A stretch of 63,950 nucleotides of DNA, the filler included, from Octopus bimaculoides (Eukaryota): assembly GCF_001194135.2 (NCBI RefSeq). It is 4 parts of 4 records of this genome, joined end to end, with 100 filler letters (N's around TTAATTAATTAA, not from the genome) between each part and the next. Parts side by side here need not be neighbours in the genome. Positions count along the whole stretch, not along the records: positions 6,789 to 24,686 come from NC_068997.1; positions 24,787 to 56,429 come from NC_068982.1; 2 more parts are not named here. One strand, written 5' to 3'. Positions 11,812-25,392 of this stretch are shown here, piece after piece. A program made the position numbers and the translations under genes. The notes below the pieces were generated by a model, which was given only the letters and a program-made list of their open reading frames with translations, was not told the DNA's origin and ran no database searches. Every line of letters starts with the position of its first letter. Position 1 is the first letter of the stretch.

Positions 11812-13583
11812 AGTGAATGAACAATCTAAAGAAATTGTTGCTCAACACATCTGGTAGAAGTTCCAAATGGTTTTCCGAAACAGTTTGATTTTGTTCCAAG
11901 CAACTTAAAGTTTTGTGGGCTCATCAAATGACCCTAACTCTTCAAGTCTGTGGGACAGAATTAGTTTTATGAGTTTGACGAGTTAGATTCTTTTGACAAG
12001 GCTATGAATCTTTAAGTTACATGGAGCCAAATCAAACAGTTATTAAATAATATTATATACACACACATATATATAACTTACAATGCCATACATCTTTGCC
12101 ATCCCATCCAATAAATAGCAAAGCAAGAATATGTGGGGAAAGAGCGGAATGGTGAATGAAATAAAAACCGAAAGGCAAAAATAAAAAAGATAAATAAAAT
12201 AAGATAAAATTAAAAAAGTAATAACAATAATTTAATGAAAAACTTGATGTTATCAATTACATCATGATATTAATAATTTTTGCGATACTTTTTAAAATTA
12301 TCAAAATACCATTATCATTGAAAGTATCATTTTAAATTCTATAATGACACTTCAATCAATTATATGCCAGATCAATCAAACATTGGCATTACATTTTGAG
12401 ATAAAGCCACATATTCAATTATACGATTCCATAAACAATAGTATTATTTATCAAACAATGATATTATAGTTTATACAATTACATTATATTATATATCCTT
12501 TACGAAAAATAATAATAATTCAATAGAATAAAAAATAAATAAATAAAAATATATGGCATAATATAACATAATATACAATGTAATATAATATAATATAATA
12601 TAATATAATATAATATAATATAATATAATATAACATAATATAATATAATACTATACAATATAATATAATATAATGACAAAAAGAATAAATGGTACGATAT
12701 CATGTTATCTAATGACTGTATGTATAACCAAATACAGAAATGTTATTAGAAAATAAATCTACTCTCTCAATATATATTGTGTTGTCTGTTTGTTCATTTT
12801 ACATCTGTTTTACCATGCTAGCATGAGTTGGATGAATACATGCTATCTTTCCAATAGTTTGTTGTTTTATAGCCAAATACCCTTCCTGTTGTATTTTATT
12901 GTATTTTCTGGCATACAAGTTGGCTTAGTGTACTGTGTAAACATTCATCAGGTAGCCAATAACAGTGGAAGAGCTTTGCATAGCATACTACAAGGTTTTT
13001 TTTACCTGATTCTATATACATACATATATTTATACCAGAGTAAGCATATAAATGTGAAACAAGGTGAAAAAAACAATACTCGAATACCAGAGGCTGAGTA
13101 ATACGCTTTATTAAAATGCGGGAAAAATATCTCAAAACTGTTACTCAGAGTTCCATGTTCCCATTTGTTGGACAGTTATACATATACATTGTTAGTCCTC
13201 AGAAGTCATCGTCATACATAAGTTGACCTACCTTCTCTTGGCTGTAAATTTTTTATCTGAAAAATCAATATATATATATNNNNNNNNNNNNNNNNNNNNN
13301 NNNNNNNNNNNNNNNNNNNNNNNNNNNNNNNNNNNNNNNNNNNNNNNNNNNNNNNNNNNNNNNNNNNNNNNNNNNNNNNNNNNNNNNNNNNNNNNNNNNN
13401 NNNNNNNNNNNNNNNNNNNNNNNNNNNNNNNNNNNNNNNNNNNNNNNNNNNNNNNNNNNNNNNNNNNNNNNNNNNNNNNNNNNNNNNNNNNNNNNNNNNN
13501 NNNNNNNNNNNNNNNNNNNNNNNNNNNNNNNNNNNNNNNNNNNNNNNNNNNNNNNNNNNNNNNNNNNNNNNNNNNNNNNNNNN

Positions 13584-13622
<39 letters not shown>

Positions 13623-13684
13623 GTATTCATATATGTGCTTGTATGTGTGTGTGTGTATGTGTACATGTGTATTTATATATATGG

Positions 13685-14015
13685 TACATGGCTCAGTGGT
13701 TAGAACATCGGGCTCACAGTCATGAGGTAGTGAGTTCAATTCCTTGACCAAGCTATGTGTTGTGTTCTTGAGCAAGACACTTTATTTCATTTTGTTCCAA
13801 TTCACTCATCTGTAGATATGAGTTGCGATGCTCCTGATGCCAAGCTCTATCAATCTTTGCCTTTCCCTTGGATAACAACATTGGAGAGGGAAGGATGATA
13901 TGCATGGGCCACTGCTGGTCTTCCATAAACAAGCTTGCCCAGATTTGTGCCTTGGAGGTGAACTTTCTAGATGCAGTCCCCTGGTCATTCATTACCGAAG
14001 GGGCATTTTACCCTT
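13685..14015 (+). mobile_element. SINE family D
   Basis: TGGCTCAGTGGTTAG A box, GAGTTCAATTCC B box and GTTGTGTTCTTGAGCAAGACACTT domain. A related head lies at 28372-28505. Confidence 0.75.
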
Positions 14016-14767
14016 TTATATAGACGCACGGACACACACTAATATTGAACAGTGAGAATAAGCACTCAACATTGTATTGGTGGATAAATAGTCTTGATCT
14101 GTGGGTAAACTAGGCTACCAATGGTTTCATTTAAAGAGGAACCTCATAACAATTTTCAAGCTTGCCACATGCAAACATTAGTGATTATCTCCAGGTTTGA
14201 TGAGAATAAATGCAGCTACATGAGGCTGCAAGATTTTGGGCTAAATATGTATGAAGATCATGGCAGGTAACTCATAAGAGCTTAGAATCTTCATAAATGT
14301 GAAATATTTTGTTGTTTTTCTTGGGAACAGTGGAGCTAGAAGCAGGTAAAGCTATAAATGATAGTGTGTAACTATTGGGCTAAAAGACCCCTTGGATACA
14401 AAAGTTGAAGGCTGTTTGAATAATTTTTAAACATCCTCAAATGTTAAAGTTTTTAGTGGCGTCTGCTTTTGAGACAACTGCAGGGTGTTGTTTTCTCTCC
14501 TTGCACAAAAGCGAGATATTCACTGCAAAACTAAGGTGTTTGCTATAAAGATAATACACCGGTTTCAATTGGCAAAGTTATAATACAGATGTGCACTCAA
14601 CACAAACACATACATATATACATATGCATGGTGACACAAACTGATACACACATCCAACAGGCTCCTACAGTTTCCATCTAGTGAAACCAGAAGCTACTCA
14701 TTAGCCTAGGTTAGCAATGCAGTAAGATCAAACCAAGCATGCCGGGGTTGTGAAGCATGTATATGTG

Positions 14768-14824
<57 letters not shown>

Positions 14825-15508
14825 NNNNNNNNNNNNNNNNNNNNNNNNNNNNNNNNNNNNNNNNNNNNNNNNNNNNNNNNNNNNNNNNNNNNNNNNNNNN
14901 NNNNNNNNNNNNNNNNNNNNNNNNNNNNNNNNNNNNNNNNNNNNNNNNNNNNNNNNNNNNNNNNNNNNNNNNNNNNNNNNNNNNNNNNNNNNNNNNNNNN
15001 NNNNNNNNNNNNNNNNNNNNNNNNNNNNNNNNNNNNNNNNNNNNNNNNNNNNNNNNNNNNNNNNNNNNNNNNNNNNNNNNNNNNNNNNNNNNNNNNNNNN
15101 NNNNNNNNNNNNNNNNNNNNNNNNNNNNNNNNNNNNNNNNNNNNNNNNNNNNNNNNNNNNNNNNNNNNNNNNNNNNNNNNNNNNNNNNNNNNNNNNNNNN
15201 NNNNNNNNNNNNNNNNNNNNNNNNNNNNNNNNNNNNNNNNNNNNNNNNNNNNNNNNNNNNNNNNNNNNNNNNNNNNNNNNNNNNNNNNNNNNNNNNNNNN
15301 NNNNNNNNNNNNNNNNNNNNNNNNTATATATATATAGATAGATAGATAGATAGATAGATACACACTGACATATATATACCCACAATATATATACATATGT
15401 ATGAGTGTATGCATGTGCATGTTATATACACATAAATTTTTAAATATAAATATTGTACACACACACACACACACACACACATACACATATATATGCATAT
15501 ATATGTAC

Positions 15509-15552
<44 letters not shown>

Positions 15553-15966
15553 GTATGTATATTTACATACATACACACACACACATATACATGCACACAT
15601 ACAACAACAAACGGCACACTTCTGAAACAATATTTGAATTGCTTAGATATATATATAAGCGTGGACAATTTAGAAGGGGCATCAAATTGAGATAGTTATT
15701 ATAGAATATTTGGTAATATCAAAGAAACACATAAATTGATAAAAACACTACAAAATAAGTTATTTATCCAATGATTTGAAAATTGATGTGCTTATATCGA
15801 TGTTATCACACGAAAGGATAAATGAATAAATAAGCATCCTTGGTGTTGGTCTTGGTGTATTTGATCTAAATATTGGCTTTCGAAGGGCCTTATGAGGCCA
15901 ACACCTTCTACCCATAGCTCCTGTTTATGATGGANNNNNNNNNNATATATACATATGCATATATCC

Positions 15967-16014
<48 letters not shown>

Positions 16015-16406
16015 TAAGCTCCTTACAATTTCCAAATTTCCCTCACAGAATATTGGTCAACAGATATTGTGGACACTATGAGTGAGCCTAAAATCTCATA
16101 ATCTAATGTGACATACTCACACACACATGCACACACACACACAGACACCCACATGCTCGCATATTCACACATCATCAATACTCGCATGTGTTGGACAGGA
16201 TGGACACGGTTGGAGTCAGCACATGTGACAAACTTCCTTTCTTAGCTCCAGATCAATTTGTGCCATTTTGCCTGACTCAAAATGCTTAGCATTTTCATCC
16301 AAATTCTTTCGTGCTTCTTCAAATAAGAGAGCCTTTCTATGGTCGTAGCCATTTTTCTTGGAACTACCAAACTTTGGAACCCTCTTCCATCTCATTCTTT
16401 TCCTAC

Positions 16407-16501
16407 TTCTTTCCGAAGTTTTCCAAATTCTTTCCAAAGTTTTCCAAATTCTTTCCGAAGTTTTCCAAATTCTTTCCGAAGTTTTCCAAATTCTTTCCAA
16501 A
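16407..16501. repeat. 21-bp minisatellite, about 4.5 copies (TTCTTTCCGAAGTTTTCCAAA)
   Basis: Directly visible tandem units with single substitutions. Confidence 0.9.
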
Positions 16502-17221
16502 CACTTGTTTTCCAAACTCTTTCAACTTTATTTCTCCTTCATAGTCCTTTACACAAACTGGCTTCTCACGTTTCTTTGGGAGTTTTCTAATAAAGAGAAA
16601 ATAATTAAAGGAATTCTGTAATTATATTGGTTGGAAATCCTCAGGCCAGCTGGAGATCCACACACTAGCTGCCCTTCCTAACACCAACCACTTTACAGAG
16701 TGTATTAGTTGCGTTGCTTGTGTTATATTAACATGTACACGGAGGCGCAATGGCCCAGTGGTTAGNNNNNNNNNNNNNNNNNNNNNNNNNNNNNNNNNNN
16801 NNNNNNNNNNNNNNNNNNNNNNNNNNNNNNNNNNNNNNNNNNNNNNNNNNNNNNNNNNNNNNNNNNNNNNNNNNNNNNNNNNNNNNNNNNNNNNNNNNNN
16901 NNNNNNNNNNNNNNNNNNNNNNNNNNNNNNNNNNNNNNNNNNNNNNNNNNNNNNNNNNNNNNNNNNNNNNNNNNNNNNNNNNNNNNNNNNNNNNNNNNNN
17001 NNNNNNNNNNNNNNNNNNNNNNNNNNNNNNNNNNNNNNNNNNNNNNNNNNNNNNNNNNNNNNNNNNNNNNNNNNNNNNNNNNNNNNNNTTAAGGGTACAC
17101 GTGTCTGTGGAGTGCTCAGCCACTTGCACGTTAATTTCACGAGCAGGCTGTTCTGTTGATCGGATCAACAGGAACCCTCGACATCGTAAGTGAGGGCGTG
17201 CCAACAACAACAGCATGTACA

Positions 17222-17256
<35 letters not shown>

Positions 17257-17279
17257 GCCTTTATACTCATTGTCTTCTA

Positions 17280-17790
17280 TTTTCTACTTGTCTCTGTCAC
17301 TTGACAGTGGCAATGCTGGGGCAATGCCTAGAAGTGGTTAGTCAAAAAGTCAACAGCAGGTTTTATTGTTTTTTAAGGCTAATGCTTATTTTACTGGAAA
17401 AGTTAAAGTGACATAAACAAACCAATACTGGTTGTCAAGTGGTGTGGGGAACAAACATAAGTGCAAAGCCAAACACACACACACACACGAACACATACAT
17501 ATATATATATACACACACATATATATATATCACCCATGCCAGCATGGATGGTGAATGTTAAGCGATGATGATAATCTGTACATATATATGCATATATATG
17601 TGAGTGTGTGTGTGTGTGTATGATGGGCTTCTTTCAGTTTCCATCTACCAAGCCCACTCACAAGGCTTTGGTTGGCTCAAGGCTATTGTAGTAGAAGACC
17701 CTTGTCCAACGTATCTTGCAGTAGGACTTGAACCCAAAACCATGTGCTTGAGAATCGAACGTTTTATGACACAACCGAGCTCGCGCTTAT
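17280..17790 (-). mobile_element. SINE family B (diverged)
   Basis: Head at 17615-17790 and tail at 17280-17460 on the minus strand. Confidence 0.65.
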
Positions 17791-17957
17791 GCTTTACTTC
17801 TTGATTTCGTCATTGGATTACATGAGTAAAAAGCGCTTGTTGGCGAATCAGATTATGCTCTCATAGCTAAAGGTTTCATGCAGCTGACATCAGTCGACAG
17901 AGTCATTGATGAGCTATCATCATGGTAACAGCAGATTTCAAATGTATTTTCTTTCAT

Positions 17958-18179
17958 CCCTTTAGCTTAGAGATTACTCTGTCACATGTAATACTTATTT
18001 ATTCACATTGATTTTAAGTAATCATGTATCATCTTGTAGCTTTGAGATTTCAGTGATGTGATTGTTTATGCTTTGAACAACATTGTTGAGTAGATGCGAG
18101 AGGCCAGATGTGGCCACTTTGAATGTAAAACAGGTAGAAAATTTTAGACTGGATATGGTCTGGTTTAAATGCTAAAGAG
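17958..18179. mobile_element. piggyBac-like MITE, family 1
   Basis: Ends CCCTTTAGC and GCTAAAGAG. The interior is the reverse complement of the copies at 27622-27827 and 30875-31067. Confidence 0.6.
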
Positions 18180-18661
18180 TGAAATTGCAATCCAGTTATA
18201 GATCTGCAAGAAGCAATGACAACTCCTTGCAGGAGGGTAAGAGCAGCCAGTGAAGAAGATAATAACAAATTACTATTGGAGCAAAAGGTAAACCACTCCT
18301 ACCTGAGTATTCAAATACCAGAGATAATCTTACAATTATCTTGGATAACTATACTTTTGGATCCATCACATACACCTGTTTCCGAATGGAGAATGCATAT
18401 GAAATCAGATATGTGTAAAGTTTGAATTAGAAATTTCAATGTTCCATAAATATTTAATTGTTATGTTTTTGTTATATCATATTTCTGAGAAACAAGTCAA
18501 AATCAATAATTTATAAATATGTGCAAGGTAAGTTCGTAAAATAATTGTAAATTATATATATATATATGCTTACTTGATTCACTAAGTTACAGTCTGAAAT
18601 ACAATTTAATAAAAAAGTTTCTTACAAAAACTCTGATATACGTTTTTCCATATAGGTGCAA

Positions 18662-18815
18662 TAGTGGCTGTGTGGTAAGTGGCTTGCTTACCAACCACAT
18701 GGTTCTGGGTTCAGTCTCACTGCATGGCACATTGAGCAAGTGTCTTCTACTATAGCTTCAGGCCAACCAAAGCCTTGTGAGTGGATTTGGTAGACGGAAA
18801 CTGAAAAAAACCCAT

Positions 18816-18863
<48 letters not shown>

Positions 18864-19085
18864 TATACACACACACACACACACACATACGTATATACAT
18901 ATATATGTATATGTATATGTATATGCTTGTTTGTCCCCCCACTATCGCTTGACAACCGATGTTGGTGTGTTTACATCCCCATAAAAGCGATTGATAGAAT
19001 AAGTACTAGGCTTTCAAAGAATAAGTCCTGGAATTGATTTGTTTGACTAAAAGCAGTGCAATCAAATAACTGAAACAAATAAAGA
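18662..19085 (+). mobile_element. SINE family B
   Basis: Head 18662-18817, (AT)n/(AC)n spacer, tail 18925-19085. Confidence 0.8.
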
Positions 19086-19107
19086 AATAAAAGAATATAT
19101 ATACATA

Positions 19108-19252
19108 TACGATGGGCTTCTTTCAGTTTCCATCTACCAAATCCATTCACAAGGCTTTGGTCAGCCCAAGGCTGTAGTCGAAGACACTTGCTCAAGGTGC
19201 CATGCAGTGGGATTGAATCCAGAACCAAGCTCCTTACCACACAGCCACGCCT
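19108..19252 (-). mobile_element. SINE family B head, inverted relative to the 18662 copy
   Basis: The reverse complement aligns with 18662-18817. Confidence 0.8.
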
Positions 19253-19627
19253 GAAAATTAACATTAGAACAATCTTCAGGGATTTGGTTTCAAGTGAACA
19301 AGGGGGTGGTCCAGTTGGGTTTATGGTTGAATAATTTTGCTTGAAAGGGGTATAGAATGAAATTGTGAGACATAAAGTGATAACCTCCACAGATAGCTGA
19401 ATTAATAGATTTGTTCAAAAGGTTGAAACTATCATTCCAAATAAAAGATGTGCTAAATTTTGGATATACTTCTGTTGGTGGTGGGGTAGGAGAAGGAGGT
19501 CTTAATTACTTATATATTACACTTGTCCTTCTGCCATCTGTGCTTCACATTAGTATTATTATAGGTAAACATTCACTAATACATATATATAGGTATCTGT
19601 ACATATTGTGATAAATATATACATATG

Positions 19628-19695
<68 letters not shown>

Positions 19696-19852
19696 NNNNN
19701 NNNNNNNNNNNNNNNNNNNNNNNNNNNNNNNNNNNNNNNNNNNNNNNNNNNNNNNNNNNNNNNNNNNNNNNNNNNNNNNNNNNNNNNNNNNNNNNNNNNN
19801 NNNNNNNNNNNNNNNNNNNNNNNNNNNNNNNNNNNNNNNNNNNNNNNNNNNN

Positions 19853-19907
<55 letters not shown>

Positions 19908-20406
19908 ATGTATATGCATCTATATATGTATGTAAGAAGTAAAACTAGAGTTGACAAAAGAATAAATGAGTATGTTATGAACTTCATTAGTTTGCAGATA
20001 TCTCAGCTAAAAGATGCCACGGACTCGTAGCTGAGTGCTTGAGTAATACCTTTTGCTTCACTGAAACCTGAAACATGAAGTGTAATTACATTTCAACTGT
20101 GAGTCCGCAACAGAAACAGCTGTAAGCCAATGAAGTTCATAAGCTAATCATTTATTCTTTTCTTGTCTCTCTTTTTTTTTTTCTTATTACTGTTCTGTAC
20201 TAAATTAATTCTTTATTGAGAAGCATGTGTATATTTAGTTCCTCACCAGGTGATTACTGTCAGAATGCATAAGGGGAAAAAATATATAATATATATATAT
20301 AGTATACACACACACACACACACACACACACATTTATATATAAGTACATATATAAATGTATAGGCACATTGGCATATATATATATATATATTTATAAATT
20401 ACATAT

Positions 20407-20445
<39 letters not shown>

Positions 20446-20906
20446 CGGACATACGCACACACATACACACGCACATATGACAAAAGAACACAAAAATATG
20501 TACACAAAAGAAAAAAAAAACAGACAAGAATATAATCAAAACCTTTCGTTTGACACACTGGAAAAATTGTACTGAGTTAATTAAAATGATGCATCAGACA
20601 AATTAGTGGATAACTGTGTTTAATAATCAACATGTATATACAGTATAATAATATATGTGAATTTGTGTGTGTTCACATATGCCTCTGAGTTTGTTTATAT
20701 ACATACATTATTATATAGTATATAATATATAATTTAATAAAATATATATTCATGTATGATACAAATATATGGATATACAAATGTATACATAAGAATGTTT
20801 GTGCTTAGATGTGTATATACCCAGTCACACACACACACATATATATGCAAAGGCACATATATACATATATATATTAGCTAAACTGGCAATATGACCATCC
20901 CCAAGT

Positions 20907-20987
<81 letters not shown>

Positions 20988-21484
20988 CATACATATAGAT
21001 ATCCTCATCATCATCATAATCACAATCATCATTTATATATTAATACATATTAATATATAAGTATCTCTTTGTTTGTGTGTGTGTATTATTACTTCTGTGT
21101 GTATACATGTATATAAACATGCTGACGGACGTCCGCATATAAGAATATTTCTCGACATGCATTCATCCCTATGCGGCTAAATATCGTGCACATATCTGCT
21201 GCCTATGCACGTTTATGAATGCCAGTGAACTTCACCATTTTTTTTTTTTTAACGTCCTTTCCCCTGTTCTGTTCCCTACATTGCACAACACTCAATACAA
21301 GAGTGAGGAATTCCATATTTTTAATATATATATGTATATATATTGAAATCAGATAGACAAACTTATCTTTTTTTTCCTCATTTCATCTCTACCCTCACAC
21401 TCATCCTAATCCTCTTCATCATCAGCGTTTTATGTCTCTCTCATCATCATTATCATTAATGCTTTTCTTTCTTTTCTTCATTAC

Positions 21485-21488
21485 CTAC

Positions 21489-21520
<32 letters not shown>

Positions 21521-21654
21521 TTTCTTTCTTCTTCATTGTCTCCAACACGTTCTTCCTTTTCTTCTTCATCACTGCTAAGCTGCCATTTGTCTCTCAGCCT
21601 TTGCCTGGATAAGGATATATTATATACCATTCTCTGGCTTCTGTGGAATTTTTC
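21485..21654 (-). other. Candidate 170-bp coding exon (EKFHRSQRMVYNISLSRQRLRDKWQLSSDEEEKEE...RRRRSS)
   Basis: A long AG-free pyrimidine tract precedes AAG|GAA at 21655/21654. One frame is open across the whole segment, which ends at AG|GTAATG (21485/21484). The tract overlaps a (CT)n microsatellite, so it may be chance. Confidence 0.3.
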
Positions 21655-21730
21655 CTTGCCGTAACAAGCAGTGGTGGAGAAGGAGATAAGGCAGAGAGGA
21701 GAATGTGAGAAAAAAAAAAGAAAGTGTAGG

Positions 21731-21774
<44 letters not shown>

Positions 21775-22035
21775 GAAGAGAATATGAGAATGAAAACGAC
21801 ATTGATTAAAAGAGAGTGAGTGATACATACATATACATACACACANNNNNNNNNNNNNNNNNNNNNNNNNNNNNNNNNNNNNNNNNNNNNNNNNNNNNNN
21901 NNNNNNNNNNNNNNNNNNNNNNNNNNNNNNNNNNNNNNNNNNNNNNNNNNNNNNNNNNNNNNNNNNNNNNNNNNNNNNNNNNNNNNNNNNNNNNNNNNNN
22001 NNNNNNNNNNNNNNNNNNNNNNNNNNNNNNNNNNN

Positions 22036-22075
<40 letters not shown>

Positions 22076-22168
22076 GTATATATACATGCCTGGAAATATA
22101 TATTTATACGTGTATATGAATTTACATAACAAGGAATAAATAGAGTGAGAGAAAGTTCGAAAGTGGGT

Positions 22169-22206
<38 letters not shown>

Positions 22207-22939
22207 GAGTGAGAGAGAAACAATCTTCTCTGCCTGGAAAAAAAAATACCAAAATAATAAAAGTAATTGAAAGCAAAGCAAAACATGAAGAATAAAAAAT
22301 TAAAAAAAAGTCATATCGCAGACCAAATCTCCACGAAAAATATCTAACAAACAAAAATGTAAAAAAAGCACCAACCCATACACAGATATACAAATATATA
22401 TACATACATACATATATATGTACATACACACTCATATATATATATATATATAGATATATATATATATATGAAAGTAAAAGTATATACAAAAATAAGCAGT
22501 ATACGAACAATAATAATAATAATAATGATAATAATAGTAATACTGATAATAATAACAATGTTGTAGGAGGCGTAAAAACACAACAAATCAAAGAAAAAAA
22601 TATCTGCAGCAAAAAACAATACCTGCACAGTGTGAAAAAACAAAAACAACTTTTTACCAAGTAAGTATGGAATGAGAGAGAATTTTTAACCTTCTGTGTA
22701 TTTAATTCATATTGTCTTGTCATTGTTGTTGTTATTGTTGTTGTTGCTGTTGTTGTTGATTATTGGGATGGAAGGGTCAGTGGGGGGAAGGGCAAGGTCA
22801 TTGGTAAGGGTATGGCGTAAGGGGGATGTGCACATGCCAGTAGTTAGCGTACAGTCATTACAAACATGCGCACATGCAAGCATGCACACAAATATACACA
22901 TGTGCAATGGTGTATATAAAAATGACTATCTACAGCAAT

Positions 22940-22980
<41 letters not shown>

Positions 22981-23997
22981 TACATAAACATACATACATA
23001 CATCCATACATATATATATACATATACATNNNNNNNNNNNNNNNNNNNNNNNNNNNNNNNNNNNNNNNNNNNNNNNNNNNNNNNNNNNNNNNNNNNNNNN
23101 NNNNNNNNNNNNNNNNNNNNNNNNNNNNNNNNNNNNNNNNNNNNNNNNNNNNNNNNNNNNNNNNNNNNNNNNNNNNNNNNNNNNNNNNNNNNNNNNNNNN
23201 NNNNNNNNNNNNNNNNNNNNNNNNNNNNNNNNNNNNNNNNNNNNNNNNNNNNNNNNNNNNNNNNNNNNNNNNNNNNNNNNNNNNNNNNNNNNNNNNNNNN
23301 NNNNNNNNNNNNNNNNNNNNNNNNNNNNNNNNNNNNNNNNNNNNNNNNNNNNNNNNNNNNNNNNNNNNNNNNNNNNNNNNNNNNNNNNNNNNNNNNNNNN
23401 NNNNNNNNNNNNNNNNNNNNNNNNNNNNNNNNNNNNNNNNNNNNNNNNNNNNNNNNNNNNNNNNNNNNNNNNNNNNNNNNNNNNNNNNNNNNNNNNNNNN
23501 NNNNNNNNNNNNNNNNNNNNNNNNNNNNNNNNNNNNNNNNNNNNNNNNNNNNNNNNNNNNNNNNNNNNNNNNNNNNNNNNNNNNNNNNNNNNNNNNNNNN
23601 NNNNNNNNNNNNNNNNNNNNNNNNNNNNNNNNNNNNNNNNNNNNNNNNNNNNNNNNNNNNNNNNNNNNNNNNNNNNNNNNNNNNNNNNNNNNNNNNNNNN
23701 NNNNNNNNNNNNNNNNNNNNNNNNNNNNNNNNNNNNNNNNNNNNNNNNNNNNNNNNNNNNNNNNNNNNNNNNNNNNNNNNNNNNNNNNNNNNNNNNNNNN
23801 NNNNNNNNNNNNNNNNNNNNNNNNNNNNNNNNNNNNNNNNNNNNNNNNNNNNNNNNNNNNNNNNNNNNNNNNNNNNNNNNNNNNNNNNNNNNNNNNNNNN
23901 NNNNNNNNNNNNNNNNNNNNNNNNNNNNNNNNNNNNNNNNNNNNNNNNNNNNNNNNNNNNNNNNNNNNNNNNNNNNNNNNNNNNNNNNNNNNNNNNN

Positions 23998-24045
<48 letters not shown>

Positions 24046-24625
24046 TATGTGTGTGTATATATTAATATGTATATATTTATACATGTTGAATATTTATTAA
24101 AGAAGAGGTGTGATGGTTTACAGCCTGTGTTGGACAAAGACAAGCAGGACGAAACTTCGAAGTCACTCTTTGTAAATGTTTAACACACATGCCTTCTCCA
24201 TAATAAAAACACAAAAAAAGTACAGCGAAATTCTTCAGTTCAATGTTAACTTATTTTCAATCATTTTGACATATAACTTGACATAAAAACTATAATGAAT
24301 AGATACATAAATGTGTGTGTGTGTGTGTGTGTATGGGTTGGTTTATAAAGTAACAGAAATGGATCGTTCTAGGTTCATGCTTGATTGCAAAGAATTTTGA
24401 ATTCATTAAATTTGGTTTTGTTCTTGAAGATAATTTCATTACTTTCAATTCATTTTTTGTACATTTGTAAATGTGTGCATGAGTAAATTTGTGTATATGT
24501 TTGCATTTGTGTCTCTGCACAAGCATATGCATGTGTTTGTATGGATGTTACAGAGCTTAAATATTATGGTGTATGTATATGTGCTTATATTTATATATAT
24601 CTACATGTATATATGTACATATGTA

Positions 24626-24686
<61 letters not shown>

Positions 24687-25199
24687 NNNNNNNNNNNNNN
24701 NNNNNNNNNNNNNNNNNNNNNNNNNNNNNNTTAATTAATTAANNNNNNNNNNNNNNNNNNNNNNNNNNNNNNNNNNNNNNNNNNNNCACGTAAAAGCACC
24801 CACTACACTCTCTGAGTGGTTGGCGTTAGGAAGGGCATCCAGCTGTAGAAACTCTGCCAGATCAGATTGGAGCCTGGTGTTGCCATCCGGTTTCACCAGT
24901 CCTCAGTCAAATCGTCCAACCCATGCTAGCATGGAAAGCAGACGTTAAACGATGATGATGATGATGATGATATATATATATGTGTGTGTATATGTGTGTA
25001 TGTAATGTTTTGTATGTGTGTATATATACATATATATATATATATATGTATATATGTATATATATGTATATATGTGTGTATGTATATGTGTGTGTATATG
25101 TATATGTACATGTATATATATATATGTGTGTGTGTATGGTGTTTTGTATGTGTATAGGTTTTTTTTTTGTGTATATTTCATTTCATTTCAAAGTTTCAG

Positions 25200-25392
25200 C
25201 TCAGAGCTGCGGCCATGCTGATGCACCACCGTGTACTTGTACAGCAGGGTTCGCCACCATCCCCTGCCGGAGCCTCGTGGAGCTTCAGGTGTTTTCGCTC
25301 AATAAACACTCACAACGCCCGGTCTGGGAATCGAAACCGTGATCCTATGACCGCGAGTCTGCTGCCCTAACCACTGGGCCATTGCGTCTCCA
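25200..25392 (-). mobile_element. SINE family C (tRNA-Arg-like head)
   Basis: The minus strand reads GGAGACGCAATGGCCCAGTGGTTAGGGCAGCAGACTCGCGGTC...GTTTCGATTCCC. The same head starts at 16740 (+), where it is broken by a gap. Confidence 0.8.
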
